This document shows, piece by piece, positions 37,388 through 45,104 of a stretch of 45,104 nt of DNA. A program made the position numbers and the translations under genes. The notes below the pieces were generated by a model, which was not told the DNA's origin, made no database searches, and saw only the letters and a list, made by a program, of their open reading frames with translations. The stretch comes from Verrucomicrobiota bacterium (GTDB lineage Bacteria > Verrucomicrobiota > Verrucomicrobiia > Limisphaerales > CANJXF01): contig JBBQRQ010000036.1 in assembly GCA_038214755.1 (NCBI GenBank), positions 1 to 45,104 on the forward strand, given 5' to 3'. Every line of letters begins with the position of its first letter. Within the stretch, counting starts at the first letter, position 1.

Positions 37388-39357
37388 GGCAGCAACATTT
37401 CAGCAGCGGTTTGCGGTGTCAAGCGGGGTGCGAGAGCCAGTGCATCGATCTTTGCGCTCGCTTCTGGCTCAACCCATTTTCCGTGTTCGCGAATTAAATC
37501 CACCAGGCGATCGACCGCTTCGGTTTCGGGAATGTTGAATTTGATCGGCGTTTTTCCGACGTAGAGATTTATTTTGTTGGGCGCGCCGCCGACGTAGCCG
37601 AAATCTGCGTCTGCCATTTCGCCGGGGCCGTTCACGATGCAACCCATGATCGCGATCTTCACTCCTTTGAGATGTTCGGTGCGCGCTTTGATCCGCGCGG
37701 TAACGGTTTGCAAATTAAAGAGTGTGCGGCCGCAACTGGGACATGCCACGTAATCCGTCTTGAATGAACGACAGCCCGCCGCTTGCAAAATATTGTAGGC
37801 AAGGCGCAACGATTGTCCTGCGCCGGTTTCGCCGCGAATTAAAATCGCGTCGCCGATTCCGTCTGCCAGCAGCGAGCCAATGACGACGGATGCGCGGAGT
37901 AAAGCGATTTTCGGTTCCAAAACTTCGTAGCCGCCGACGTGAGGAGGCGGATTTTTTTCATTTGCCTGATCCGCCTCCTCACGTCGGCGGCTACCATTAA
38001 AGTTCAAGCAATCCTTGAGCAGAATCGGGTTTTTTGAACCGAGCCGTTTTAGTTTTGCCGCGAGCAAACGGAACGCGGTGATCGCCGGAAGACTCACGCC
38101 ATCTTTGACGGTGACGAGTTGCGTTTCGCAATTCACCGAGAAATCTTGCGTCGGATCGATTTCAAAAATGTTCAGGTCTTCGTAAACGGCTTCAGGTTTG
38201 ACGTCATCTTTCGGGCGAATTCTCGGCGCAACTTTTTCCCACGTCGCGCGCGTGACGACGACACGAACGGTTTGTTCACCGCCGCATTTCGCATTTTCGT
38301 TCAACTCAATTTCCGGCGTAACGCGGCGCTCAAAATGGAACGGGTCGAAGGGAAAAGTTAAATCGTTGAATCGTTGAATCGTTGAATCGTCAGAAGTCTT
38401 TTCCGATTCAACGTTTTCACGATTCAACGGTTTAACGGAATTTAAAGATTCAACGGTCAACACCGGAATCTGCGCCAGCAAATCATTGCAGACCGCAATT
38501 TCGTTTGGCGAATCTTCAGTGAGCGAAACGCGAATCGTATCGCCCAGTCCGTCGCAAAGGAGCGAGCCAATGCCAATCGCGCTTTTGATCCGGCCATCCT
38601 CGCCCTCGCCAGCTTCGGTGACGCCGAGATGAATTGGATAATTCCAATCGGGGCCGAGTTCATCCAGCCGTGCGACGAGCAGGCGATAACATTCAATCAT
38701 CACTTTCGGATTGCTCGACTTCATCGAGAATTTAAAATTGTGAAAATTATTTTTTCGGGCGATGCGCGCGAACTCGAGCGCGCTTTCCACCATGCCCAAC
38801 GGTGAGTCGCCGAAACGATTCATGATGCGGTCGCTGAGCGAGCCGTGATTGGTGCCGATCCGCATGGCGCGGCCAAGTTGTTGGCAAAGCAAAACCAGCG
38901 GCGTGAATTTTTCCTCGATGCGACACAACTCCAAAGCGTATTGATCGTCGCTATATTCTTTGACCGCGAATTTTTTCGAGTCGGCGTAATTACCAGGATT
39001 GACCCGAACCATCTCGACCCATCTGGCGGCTTCCATGGCCGCGTCGGGTTTGAAATGAATGTCGGCGACAATTGGGACGAAACAATTTTTCGCGCGAAGT
39101 TCGGCGGCGATGTTTTTTAGATTCGCGGCGTCCTTCACGGTGGGCGCGGTGATACGAACAATCTGGCAACCGACCGCGACCAACTCCAAAGTTTGCTTCA
39201 CGGACTCAGCGGTATCCATCGTGTCGCAGGTCAACATGGATTGCTTCACGACAGTATGGTCCCCGCCAATAATCACGCCGCCGTTTTTGGGATCGCCGAC
39301 GATGACTTCCCTGGTTTTCCGACGCTGATAACCGTAAGGAGAAGAACAATATTGCAT
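37384..39357 (-). CDS. ispG: (E)-4-hydroxy-3-methylbut-2-enyl-diphosphate synthase (long form)
   Basis: QSM, VADIHF, RVNPGN, RIGTNHGSL, HLGVTEAG, GDTIRVSL, CPSCGR, MGCIVNGPGE. Confidence 0.97.
   Translation of the reverse strand: MQYCSSPYGYQRRKTREVIVGDPKNGGVIIGGDHTVVKQSMLTCDTMDTAESVKQTLELVAVGCQIVRITAPTVKDAANLKNIAAELRAKNCFVPIVADIHFKPDAAMEAARWVEMVRVNPGNYADSKKFAVKEYSDDQYALELCRIEEKFTPLVLLCQQLGRAMRIGTNHGSLSDRIMNRFGDSPLGMVESALEFARIARKNNFHNFKFSMKSSNPKVMIECYRLLVARLDELGPDWNYPIHLGVTEAGEGEDGRIKSAIGIGSLLCDGLGDTIRVSLTEDSPNEIAVCNDLLAQIPVLTVESLNSVKPLNRENVESEKTSDDSTIQRFNDLTFPFDPFHFERRVTPEIELNENAKCGGEQTVRVVVTRATWEKVAPRIRPKDDVKPEAVYEDLNIFEIDPTQDFSVNCETQLVTVKDGVSLPAITAFRLLAAKLKRLGSKNPILLKDCLNFNGSRRREEADQANEKNPPPHVGGYEVLEPKIALLRASVVIGSLLADGIGDAILIRGETGAGQSLRLAYNILQAAGCRSFKTDYVACPSCGRTLFNLQTVTARIKARTEHLKGVKIAIMGCIVNGPGEMADADFGYVGGAPNKINLYVGKTPIKFNIPETEAVDRLVDLIREHGKWVEPEASAKIDALALAPRLTPQTAAEMLLP
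37927..37994. repeat. GTAG REP element in-frame in ispG
   Basis: Perfect 26-bp arms gtagccgccgacgtgaggaggcggat / atccgcctcctcacgtcggcggctac. Confidence 0.92.
38361..38456. repeat. Inverted octamer arrays in-frame in ispG
   Basis: aatcgttg x3 followed by gattcaac-type units; encodes ESLNSVKPLNRENVES...STIQRFND. Confidence 0.75.
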
Positions 39358-39361
39358 GGCA

Positions 39362-40771
39362 TCACCGCGCACGATTGGTGACGGCTGGCTCGGAGGGTGG
39401 TTCGACTTGCTCCACTTGAGTTTGCCGTTTGAACATCATGCGAAAAAGAGGCACGCGGCGGAAATCATAAAACGAAACGTAAAGCATGAACGAAATCAGG
39501 AGCACGGCAAAGGCGGTGGTGGTGTACTCGACCAATCGCACACTCATTTTCCGGCGGGTCACGCCTTCGTAAATCGCCATCAAAATATGTCCGCCATCGA
39601 GAACAGGAATCGGCAACAAATTTAGAAGCGCGAGATTGATGTTGAGCAACACCATGAAGCTGAGAGCGAGGCGATAGTCCGTGTTCACTTGAATGGCGAG
39701 GCTGGAAAGAATTCCAACCGGCCCGCTCAAATCTTTGGCGCCGATGCCGGTTTCTTTGTGATGGAACAGTGCGCTAAAAGTTTTGCCCATCATATCGAGC
39801 ACTCCGAAAATTTGCTCCTTCGGCGTCGGGCCTGGTCTTTGCACCTGGTAAACGGTGACGGTGCTTGGACTCAACGCGACCCCGAGTCGTCCCACTTTGG
39901 TGGCTGGATCAACCTGTGGAACCACGGTGAGTTTTATTTTTTCTTTGCCCCGCTGAATTTCGACGTCGCTGGATTGCCCTGGACGTTTTTTTATCAAATC
40001 AACCAATTGCTGCTGGCCCACAATCGGCACGCCGGCAAAGGAAAGAAAGATGTCGTTCACCTGCAGCCCAACTTTTTCCGCGACGCTGTTTGGGGAAACT
40101 TGCACAATGACCGGATGATCTTTCGGATCGAGATTCAAAATCTTCATGCCGACCAGTTCATTGATTTCCGTTTTGAGATGGTAAGTCGTGCGGACCCCAT
40201 TCCGTTCGACCAGGACCGGCAAAATGTTGGTGCGCGCGATGAAGGTTTCCAATTGCACATCCTGCCACGATTTCACCAGCCGGCCGTTGACTCCGACGAT
40301 CTTGTCTCCCTCGCGAATACCCATTTTGTATTCCGGCGATTCAGGATCGACGTAACCGATGATCGAAGGATTCACCGCGACGGGGAGGCCCACAAAATAA
40401 ATCACGCAAGCGATGGCAATTCCGAAAATCACGTTCATGACTGGCCCGGCGAAGGCGACGAGGATTTTTGAAATGGGCGAGGCTGGCGGAATATTTTCCA
40501 GCGGGTCTTTGGCCGCTCCTTCCAATTGTTGAGAGGTGACCATTTGCGGAAGTTTGACGTAGCCGCCCGCAGGAATCAGCCGCCAGGAATATTCAATGCC
40601 GTCACGCGTCCAGCTAAAAATTTTTGGCCCGAAACCAATGGCAAAGGCTTCAACTTTCAAACCACGCCGGCGCGCGACCCAATAGTGTCCGAATTCGTGA
40701 ATGAAAATCGCCGCGCCGAAAAGAAACACCACGGCTGCTGCGACGTAAAAATAATTTAAAATGTGGGCCAT
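39362..40771 (-). CDS. rseP: RIP metalloprotease RseP with two PDZ domains
   Basis: HEFGH, FAIGFGP, GGYV, AGP..N, NLLPIPVLDGGH; dxr-rseP-ispG synteny. Confidence 0.95.
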   Translation of the reverse strand: MAHILNYFYVAAAVVFLFGAAIFIHEFGHYWVARRRGLKVEAFAIGFGPKIFSWTRDGIEYSWRLIPAGGYVKLPQMVTSQQLEGAAKDPLENIPPASPISKILVAFAGPVMNVIFGIAIACVIYFVGLPVAVNPSIIGYVDPESPEYKMGIREGDKIVGVNGRLVKSWQDVQLETFIARTNILPVLVERNGVRTTYHLKTEINELVGMKILNLDPKDHPVIVQVSPNSVAEKVGLQVNDIFLSFAGVPIVGQQQLVDLIKKRPGQSSDVEIQRGKEKIKLTVVPQVDPATKVGRLGVALSPSTVTVYQVQRPGPTPKEQIFGVLDMMGKTFSALFHHKETGIGAKDLSGPVGILSSLAIQVNTDYRLALSFMVLLNINLALLNLLPIPVLDGGHILMAIYEGVTRRKMSVRLVEYTTTAFAVLLISFMLYVSFYDFRRVPLFRMMFKRQTQVEQVEPPSEPAVTNRAR

Positions 40772-40885
40772 GAATTTTGTTTTACTAGAGCGGGCGAAAT
40801 CTACTGATGGAAACTTGATGTTGCAACTTAGGAAACCTCTCTTTCGAAAAACACCGTTGCGATCCTGGAGAAAAGAAAAACCGAT

Positions 40886-41338
40886 TCAGCGCAAAACCTT
40901 GGGCAACACCGTCAAACCAACTGCGCTTGCCAGCTTTCGCTGGTTTATGTCGAACGACAGAAATCTTTTTGCTCTCAGTTCAGCCGCCAGCGCGACGTGC
41001 AACAAATCCAACGAGCGACACCCGATTTCTTGCGTGTGCTTATTTCCGAATTCTTCGGCCCGCTTCAAAATATTTGTCCATTCCGAAGGGGTGTGCGGCA
41101 AAATCGTTTCTTGGCGGACATCGTCGTCTGCGAGGCGCAAAATCTGACGCGCTTCGCCGGGTTGGATTTTTCGAGTGAAAACAAGCCGACGAATGCTGTT
41201 GCGAAATTCCATTCGGTTCAACGGCGTGAAGGGAAGCGCCTCGCCAATCGAAAATAAAATCGCCAGTGCTTCCTTCGTGTCATCGCTGGCGACATACAGA
41301 GAAACCCAAAAACTGGTGTCGCCGTAAGCGTCCGTCAT
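40886..41338 (-). CDS. VapC-family PIN toxin
   Basis: YGDTSFWVSLY, E..N, RSLDLLHVALA, FLSFD..Q.KLA. Confidence 0.88.
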   Translation of the reverse strand: MTDAYGDTSFWVSLYVASDDTKEALAILFSIGEALPFTPLNRMEFRNSIRRLVFTRKIQPGEARQILRLADDDVRQETILPHTPSEWTNILKRAEEFGNKHTQEIGCRSLDLLHVALAAELRAKRFLSFDINQRKLASAVGLTVLPKVLR

Positions 41339-41724
41339 TTTTCCCGTCCTTGCGTCGCCCCCAAAATTTCGGAGCGCGACAACCGTTTCTGGCCAAAGAT
41401 TTTTTTCAAACGCGCGGCGTGATCGGGGAACTTTTTTTTCGTAGGCGGTGATTCTGCTGGAAAGCGGGCGAACCCCTTTCCGTTGCGCGGGCCCCGCACC
41501 GTCTTGCCCATTTCTACCTGGTCGTAAACCGCATCTCCCGGCGCGTACCCGGCAAGAAATTGTTCGGCAGTAAGACGCGACCAATCCGCGTCCTCGTTTT
41601 CGTCGGAAGGAAACAAAACGATCACGCGCACTTTTTTCGCAGGCGGAAGATTTTTGGCGAGATGACGCGGCACGGGCAGTTCACCTTGCTTGGTGATTTC
41701 AGACATGAATTCGACTGCTTGCAT
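41335..41724 (-). CDS. Antitoxin-like protein, apparently a fusion of two antitoxin fragments
   Basis: N-half ...VRVIVL...DWSRLTAEQFLAGY..GDAVYD; C-half RNGKGFAR...PDHAARLKKIFG; ATGA overlap with toxin; TTGTCA-17-TAGTTT-7-ATG. Confidence 0.65.
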   Translation of the reverse strand: MQAVEFMSEITKQGELPVPRHLAKNLPPAKKVRVIVLFPSDENEDADWSRLTAEQFLAGYAPGDAVYDQVEMGKTVRGPRNGKGFARFPAESPPTKKKFPDHAARLKKIFGQKRLSRSEILGATQGREK

Positions 41725-41840
41725 GGAAACTAAACTACGAGTGCCATTGCCAACTGACAAGCGAGACTGTTTTTCGCTCAATCTCCCATTGTCGAGTAAT
41801 CAACGTGCAGCTCTGCTTCCAAAACAATTTTGATCTGTCT

Positions 41841-42995
41841 TCATCTGCGTGAATCTGTGGTTTCTTTCCGCGCCCACGAATCCGCTTCCAGAATTTCTTC
41901 GAGTGAGGGATGTTCGACCACGCGATGACGCTCCATCACACATCGGACCCTCTCACTAATTTGCGGAAAATTTATTTTGCGATTCACGAAGGCGTCCACG
42001 GCGATTTCATTGGCCGCGTTCAACACGGCGGGCAATGTTCCGCCGACCTCCCCTGCCCTGCGTGCGAGATTCAACGCGGGAAAGCGTTCGAGATCCGGCT
42101 CTTCGAAAGTAAGCGTGCCCAGTTTTGCGAAATTCGTTTGCACACGTTCGCTGCCGACGCGATCTGGATACGTCAGCGCGTATTGAATCGGCAGACACAT
42201 GTCCGGCGTGGACAGTTGCGCAAGGAGCGAGCCGTCGATGAATTCGACCATCGAATGCACGATGCTTTGCGGATGCACAACGACTTTGACGCGGGCCATT
42301 TCGATGTCGAAAAGCCAGCGGGCTTCGATCATTTCCAGTCCCTTGTTGAACAGCGTCGCGGAATCAATCGTGATTTTTTTCCCCATGACCCACGACGGAT
42401 GTTTGAGCGCGCGCTCGACGGTGATTTCAGAAAATTTTTCCTTCGGCCATTGCGCTTTATCGCGAAACGGACCGCCCGATGCGGTCAGCCAAAGAGTGCG
42501 AACGGAACTGGCGGGTTTGTTGTCGAGGCATTGAAAAATGGCGGAGTGCTCGCTGTCCACGGCGAGCACGCGCACGCCATATTTGCGCGCTTCGTTCATC
42601 ACAATTTCGCCCGCCATGACGAGAATTTCTTTTGACGCAACGGCAATATCTTTGCCAGCTCGGATCGCAGCGAGTGCCGGTTGCAATCCCGCCGTGCCAA
42701 CAATCGCGATTAAAACGATGTGAGCTTCGGGCAAGGTGGCGAGTTTCAACAAACCTTCCTCCCCGGAATAAATTTTTGTTTTTGGATCGACGATGGATTC
42801 CAACTGCTTCGCTTTGACTGGATCGAAAATAGAAATCGCTTGCGGTTGATGTTTGCGAGTTTGTTCCGCGAGAAGTTCGATATTGTTTCCAGCCGCGAGG
42901 CCGATCAGCCGAATTTTCTCCGGCAAATCTTCGGCGACTTTGACCGTGGAGGTTCCGATGGAACCGGTCGAGCCCAGTAAAACAACGTTATTCAT
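41841..42995 (-). CDS. dxr: 1-deoxy-D-xylulose-5-phosphate reductoisomerase
   Basis: LGSTGSIGT, AVDSEHSA, LTASGGPF, HPSWVMGKKITIDSATL, NAANE. Confidence 0.97.
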   Translation of the reverse strand: MNNVVLLGSTGSIGTSTVKVAEDLPEKIRLIGLAAGNNIELLAEQTRKHQPQAISIFDPVKAKQLESIVDPKTKIYSGEEGLLKLATLPEAHIVLIAIVGTAGLQPALAAIRAGKDIAVASKEILVMAGEIVMNEARKYGVRVLAVDSEHSAIFQCLDNKPASSVRTLWLTASGGPFRDKAQWPKEKFSEITVERALKHPSWVMGKKITIDSATLFNKGLEMIEARWLFDIEMARVKVVVHPQSIVHSMVEFIDGSLLAQLSTPDMCLPIQYALTYPDRVGSERVQTNFAKLGTLTFEEPDLERFPALNLARRAGEVGGTLPAVLNAANEIAVDAFVNRKINFPQISERVRCVMERHRVVEHPSLEEILEADSWARKETTDSRR

Positions 42996-43014
42996 TTTTG
43001 ATCACGAACAAACA

Positions 43015-43119
43015 CGGGTAGCATCTGCCTCCGGCGGGTGCGTAAAGACTCCTTCATTCGATATTCGATGTTGAGTGTTAGAGGTTCAATTCGCACCCGC
43101 CGGAGGCAGATGCTACCCG
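43015..43119. repeat. GTAG REP element with heptamer core (same arms as 30914-31095)
   Basis: 28-bp arms cgggtagcatctgcctccggcgggtgcg; internal ttcgata ttcgatg ttgagtg. Confidence 0.9.
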
Positions 43120-43131
43120 GCACGCGCAGTT

Positions 43132-44046
43132 TCATCTCGTTAGGACGTGTCGCAAATACAAATACATCAACGGCGCATTGAACAACAAACTATCGAGCAA
43201 GTCGAGAATGCCGCCGATGCCCGGGAAAAATTTCCCCGAATCTTTCACGCCCGCTTCGCGCTTGAAAATCGATTCGATTAAATCGCCCACCACCGCTGAA
43301 CAACTCAAGACAATTCCCAAAATCGTTGCGTGCAGCGGAGTCATGCCGACGAGTTTGGCTCCGGCAAAATGCGCAAAGACCAAACTGACCAACGTTGACA
43401 CAACAATCGCACCGCCAAAACCTTCCCACGTTTTTCCCGGACTGATACGCGGAATCATTTTGTGTTTGCCGATGAGCGAGCCGACGCAATACGCGCCGAG
43501 ATCGCTGAATTTCGTGACGAGAATAAAATACAACACATAAAAATTTCCACGCACTCGCACGTCGGGGAAAAAATTTATCTTTTGAATAAAATTGAGCAGC
43601 CACGGCACGTACATCAAACCGAACAACGTGGTTGAAATGGCAAGGATTCCTGCCGTGTTTGTTTTGGAAACGAATTGCCGCAGACAAAGTCCGAGCACAA
43701 ACAGAATTAAAAAGCTGGTTTCAAAATCATTGACGCGCGCGGGCGTGCCGGAAATTCCCAGTCGCCCCGACACATGCAGAAAGGTGAAAATGATCAGGAG
43801 CAGTCCGGCCGCGATACCCACTTTTGGAAAACAACGGAGATCACGTTTTTCGACAATGCCATAAAATTCAGCCAAACCGAATCCCGCCAGCAGGATCACG
43901 ATCAAAAGAAAAACATAATCGGCGATCAGCCGATTTCCCGAGAAGAGCGCCGAGATGACAACCGTCCACAAAATGATTGAACTAATCAGCCGTCGAAAAA
44001 AGATTTTCGCTTTCGACGGCGGCGGTGATGGCGTTGGCTCGGACAT
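43132..44046 (-). CDS. cdsA: Phosphatidate cytidylyltransferase
   Basis: SD.GAY..G, ISPGKTWEG, GDLIESIFKR.AGVKDSG; upstream of dxr. Confidence 0.95.
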   Translation of the reverse strand: MSEPTPSPPPSKAKIFFRRLISSIILWTVVISALFSGNRLIADYVFLLIVILLAGFGLAEFYGIVEKRDLRCFPKVGIAAGLLLIIFTFLHVSGRLGISGTPARVNDFETSFLILFVLGLCLRQFVSKTNTAGILAISTTLFGLMYVPWLLNFIQKINFFPDVRVRGNFYVLYFILVTKFSDLGAYCVGSLIGKHKMIPRISPGKTWEGFGGAIVVSTLVSLVFAHFAGAKLVGMTPLHATILGIVLSCSAVVGDLIESIFKREAGVKDSGKFFPGIGGILDLLDSLLFNAPLMYLYLRHVLTR

Positions 44047-44140
44047 GATGGAAAACTTAGCGAACTGACTTATTCTGTCTAGCCTTCCGTTTTCTCTTTC
44101 CTCAATGGACAAAAATCGTGCTACACTTCAAAAAAAAATT

Positions 44141-44377
44141 ATGTTCACCGCATCGCAACTAAAAGAACTCATGGAGAATCAGCCGTTCAAACCGTTTCGC
44201 ATCTGCATGTCCGACGGAAAGATGTTTGACATTACCAACCACGACATGGCTCTCATCGGGAAAAATTCTGTCGAAGTCGGAAGAAATATCGACACCGACG
44301 GTTTCGCTGAATACTTCAGCCGCTGCGCCATCATCCACATCACCCGCCTCGAAGATTTGGAAAACCAAAAAGCGTAA
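44141..44377 (+). CDS. Small hypothetical protein (QPFKPFRI.MSDG motif)
   Basis: 78-aa ORF with TG-extended -10 (TGcTACACT) upstream; the motif resembles small uncharacterised PVC proteins. Confidence 0.7.
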   Translation: MFTASQLKELMENQPFKPFRICMSDGKMFDITNHDMALIGKNSVEVGRNIDTDGFAEYFSRCAIIHITRLEDLENQKA

Positions 44378-44466
44378 AATGATTACCTCGTTGAAACGGC
44401 TAAAAGGATGCTGTGACCTAATGTCTCCTAAAAAAATTAGGCCAACATTGATGCGGCATATTTACT

Positions 44467-44473
44467 GTTAGGC
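44467..44473 (+). mobile_element. Integron core site GTTRRRY at the start of the first cassette
   Basis: GTTAGGC 12 nt before the cassette ORF, complementary to GCCTAAC at its end. Confidence 0.7.
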
Positions 44474-44485
44474 ATCATCGCCCCT

Positions 44486-44869
44486 GTGAAATACAGAGCT
44501 TACATCCTTGCGGCTTGTGCAGTGATTTCCGGTTTGTTCACAGAGCTTATTCCATCGTCACTACCCGACCTTCGATATGGAATAAGCTGGGCCGGACTGA
44601 GTATGGGCTTTTTCTTGGTTTTATTCTGCTCTTTGGTCATTTTGCTTTGGGACGGCGCTCCATTCATCAAGAGAGTTGGACTGCTTGTCGGCGCTTTGTT
44701 GCTTGCATACGTAGCTGAGGAGACTGTTGTTGTTTTCAGAAATGGAGCTAGAGAGTTTTTGAATATGAGTCCTGGTTTAATTTTACTGTTGCTGCGTTTT
44801 GGTATTGGCGTTTGTGCTATGAGCTTTGGACTTTTAACATTGAAACTTGTGAGGAGACGGAATGCCTAA
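44486..44869 (+). CDS. Integron gene-cassette ORF, 4-TM hypothetical membrane protein
   Basis: Visibly AT-richer than flanks; stop codon lies within the attC R'' box. Confidence 0.75.
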   Translation: MKYRAYILAACAVISGLFTELIPSSLPDLRYGISWAGLSMGFFLVLFCSLVILLWDGAPFIKRVGLLVGALLLAYVAEETVVVFRNGAREFLNMSPGLILLLLRFGIGVCAMSFGLLTLKLVRRRNA

Positions 44870-44971
44870 CAAATCGCTGGAGCCAACAGCCGCCCCGCTC
44901 TCGGGTTTAGCGCGGCTCCCATTTCGAGCCACTGGTTCATCCGGCTGTGGCTCAGCTTTCATCCGTTAGGC
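44864..44971 (+). mobile_element. Integron attC recombination site (108 bp)
   Basis: R'' GCCTAAC, 5-nt spacer, L'' GCTG(G)AGC, cca(a)cagccg ... cggctgtgg, L' GCTCAGC, R' GTTAGGC; two unpaired extrahelical bases. Confidence 0.92.
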
Positions 44972-44979
44972 TCCGACCT

Positions 44980-45104
44980 GTGTTTAGCGAAATCCCTCTT
45001 TCCATGTTAGCGCGTATGCGTGAGCTTGAGCAGATTGACCAACGCGATCGCTCAGATGGTACTCCTCATTCGGAGCGCCTGCGGCAGGTTTCGCCTGAGG
45101 CGGG
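44980..45104 (+). CDS. Second cassette ORF (partial), probable O-methyltransferase N-terminus
   Basis: GTG 8 nt after attC; reads VFSEIPLSMLARMRELEQIDQRDRSDGTPHSERLRQVSPEA.. to the window end; ..RLRQ.PE.G recalls class I SAM O-methyltransferases. Confidence 0.6.
   Translation, partial: MFSEIPLSMLARMRELEQIDQRDRSDGTPHSERLRQVSPEA

Noticed and set aside
44410..44473. A second attC upstream of the first cassette
   Set aside because: GGCCAAC to GTTAGGC spans only 34 bp with no L boxes; at most attI-like.
1..45104. tRNA/rRNA genes and autonomous transposases
   Set aside because: None recognised by eye in the intergenic regions or the ORF track; not confirmed by a computational scan.

Overview
Bacterial chromosomal window, probably Verrucomicrobiota (Pedosphaerales-like; inferred from GloVer-repeat, PEP-CTERM and C-terminal 'FYR' proteins). 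The housekeeping backbone comprises mfd, rluD-like, lspA, dapF, efp, HIT, phoH-ybeY-DUF502-recO and cdsA-dxr-rseP-ispG, plus a MacAB-type exporter and a vWA/coiled-coil/prenyltransferase-repeat gene run. Small parasitic or accessory DNA has colonised it heavily. (i) There are five toxin-antitoxin modules plus one unknown two-gene module, most with their own leaderless sigma70 promoter. Two are flanked by ~185-200 bp diverged duplicates of the neighbouring gene end, which indicates integrase-free insertion with gene-end replacement. (ii) About 17 REP-like palindromic elements of several families and many 7/8-mer tandem arrays occur, often in-frame inside proteins (Mfd, IspG, YbeY, RluD, signal peptides). 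(iii) A phage terminase remnant is present. (iv) At the right edge, an integron gene-cassette array with a canonical attC begins, with no integrase upstream. Family assignments come from motif recognition, not database searches.
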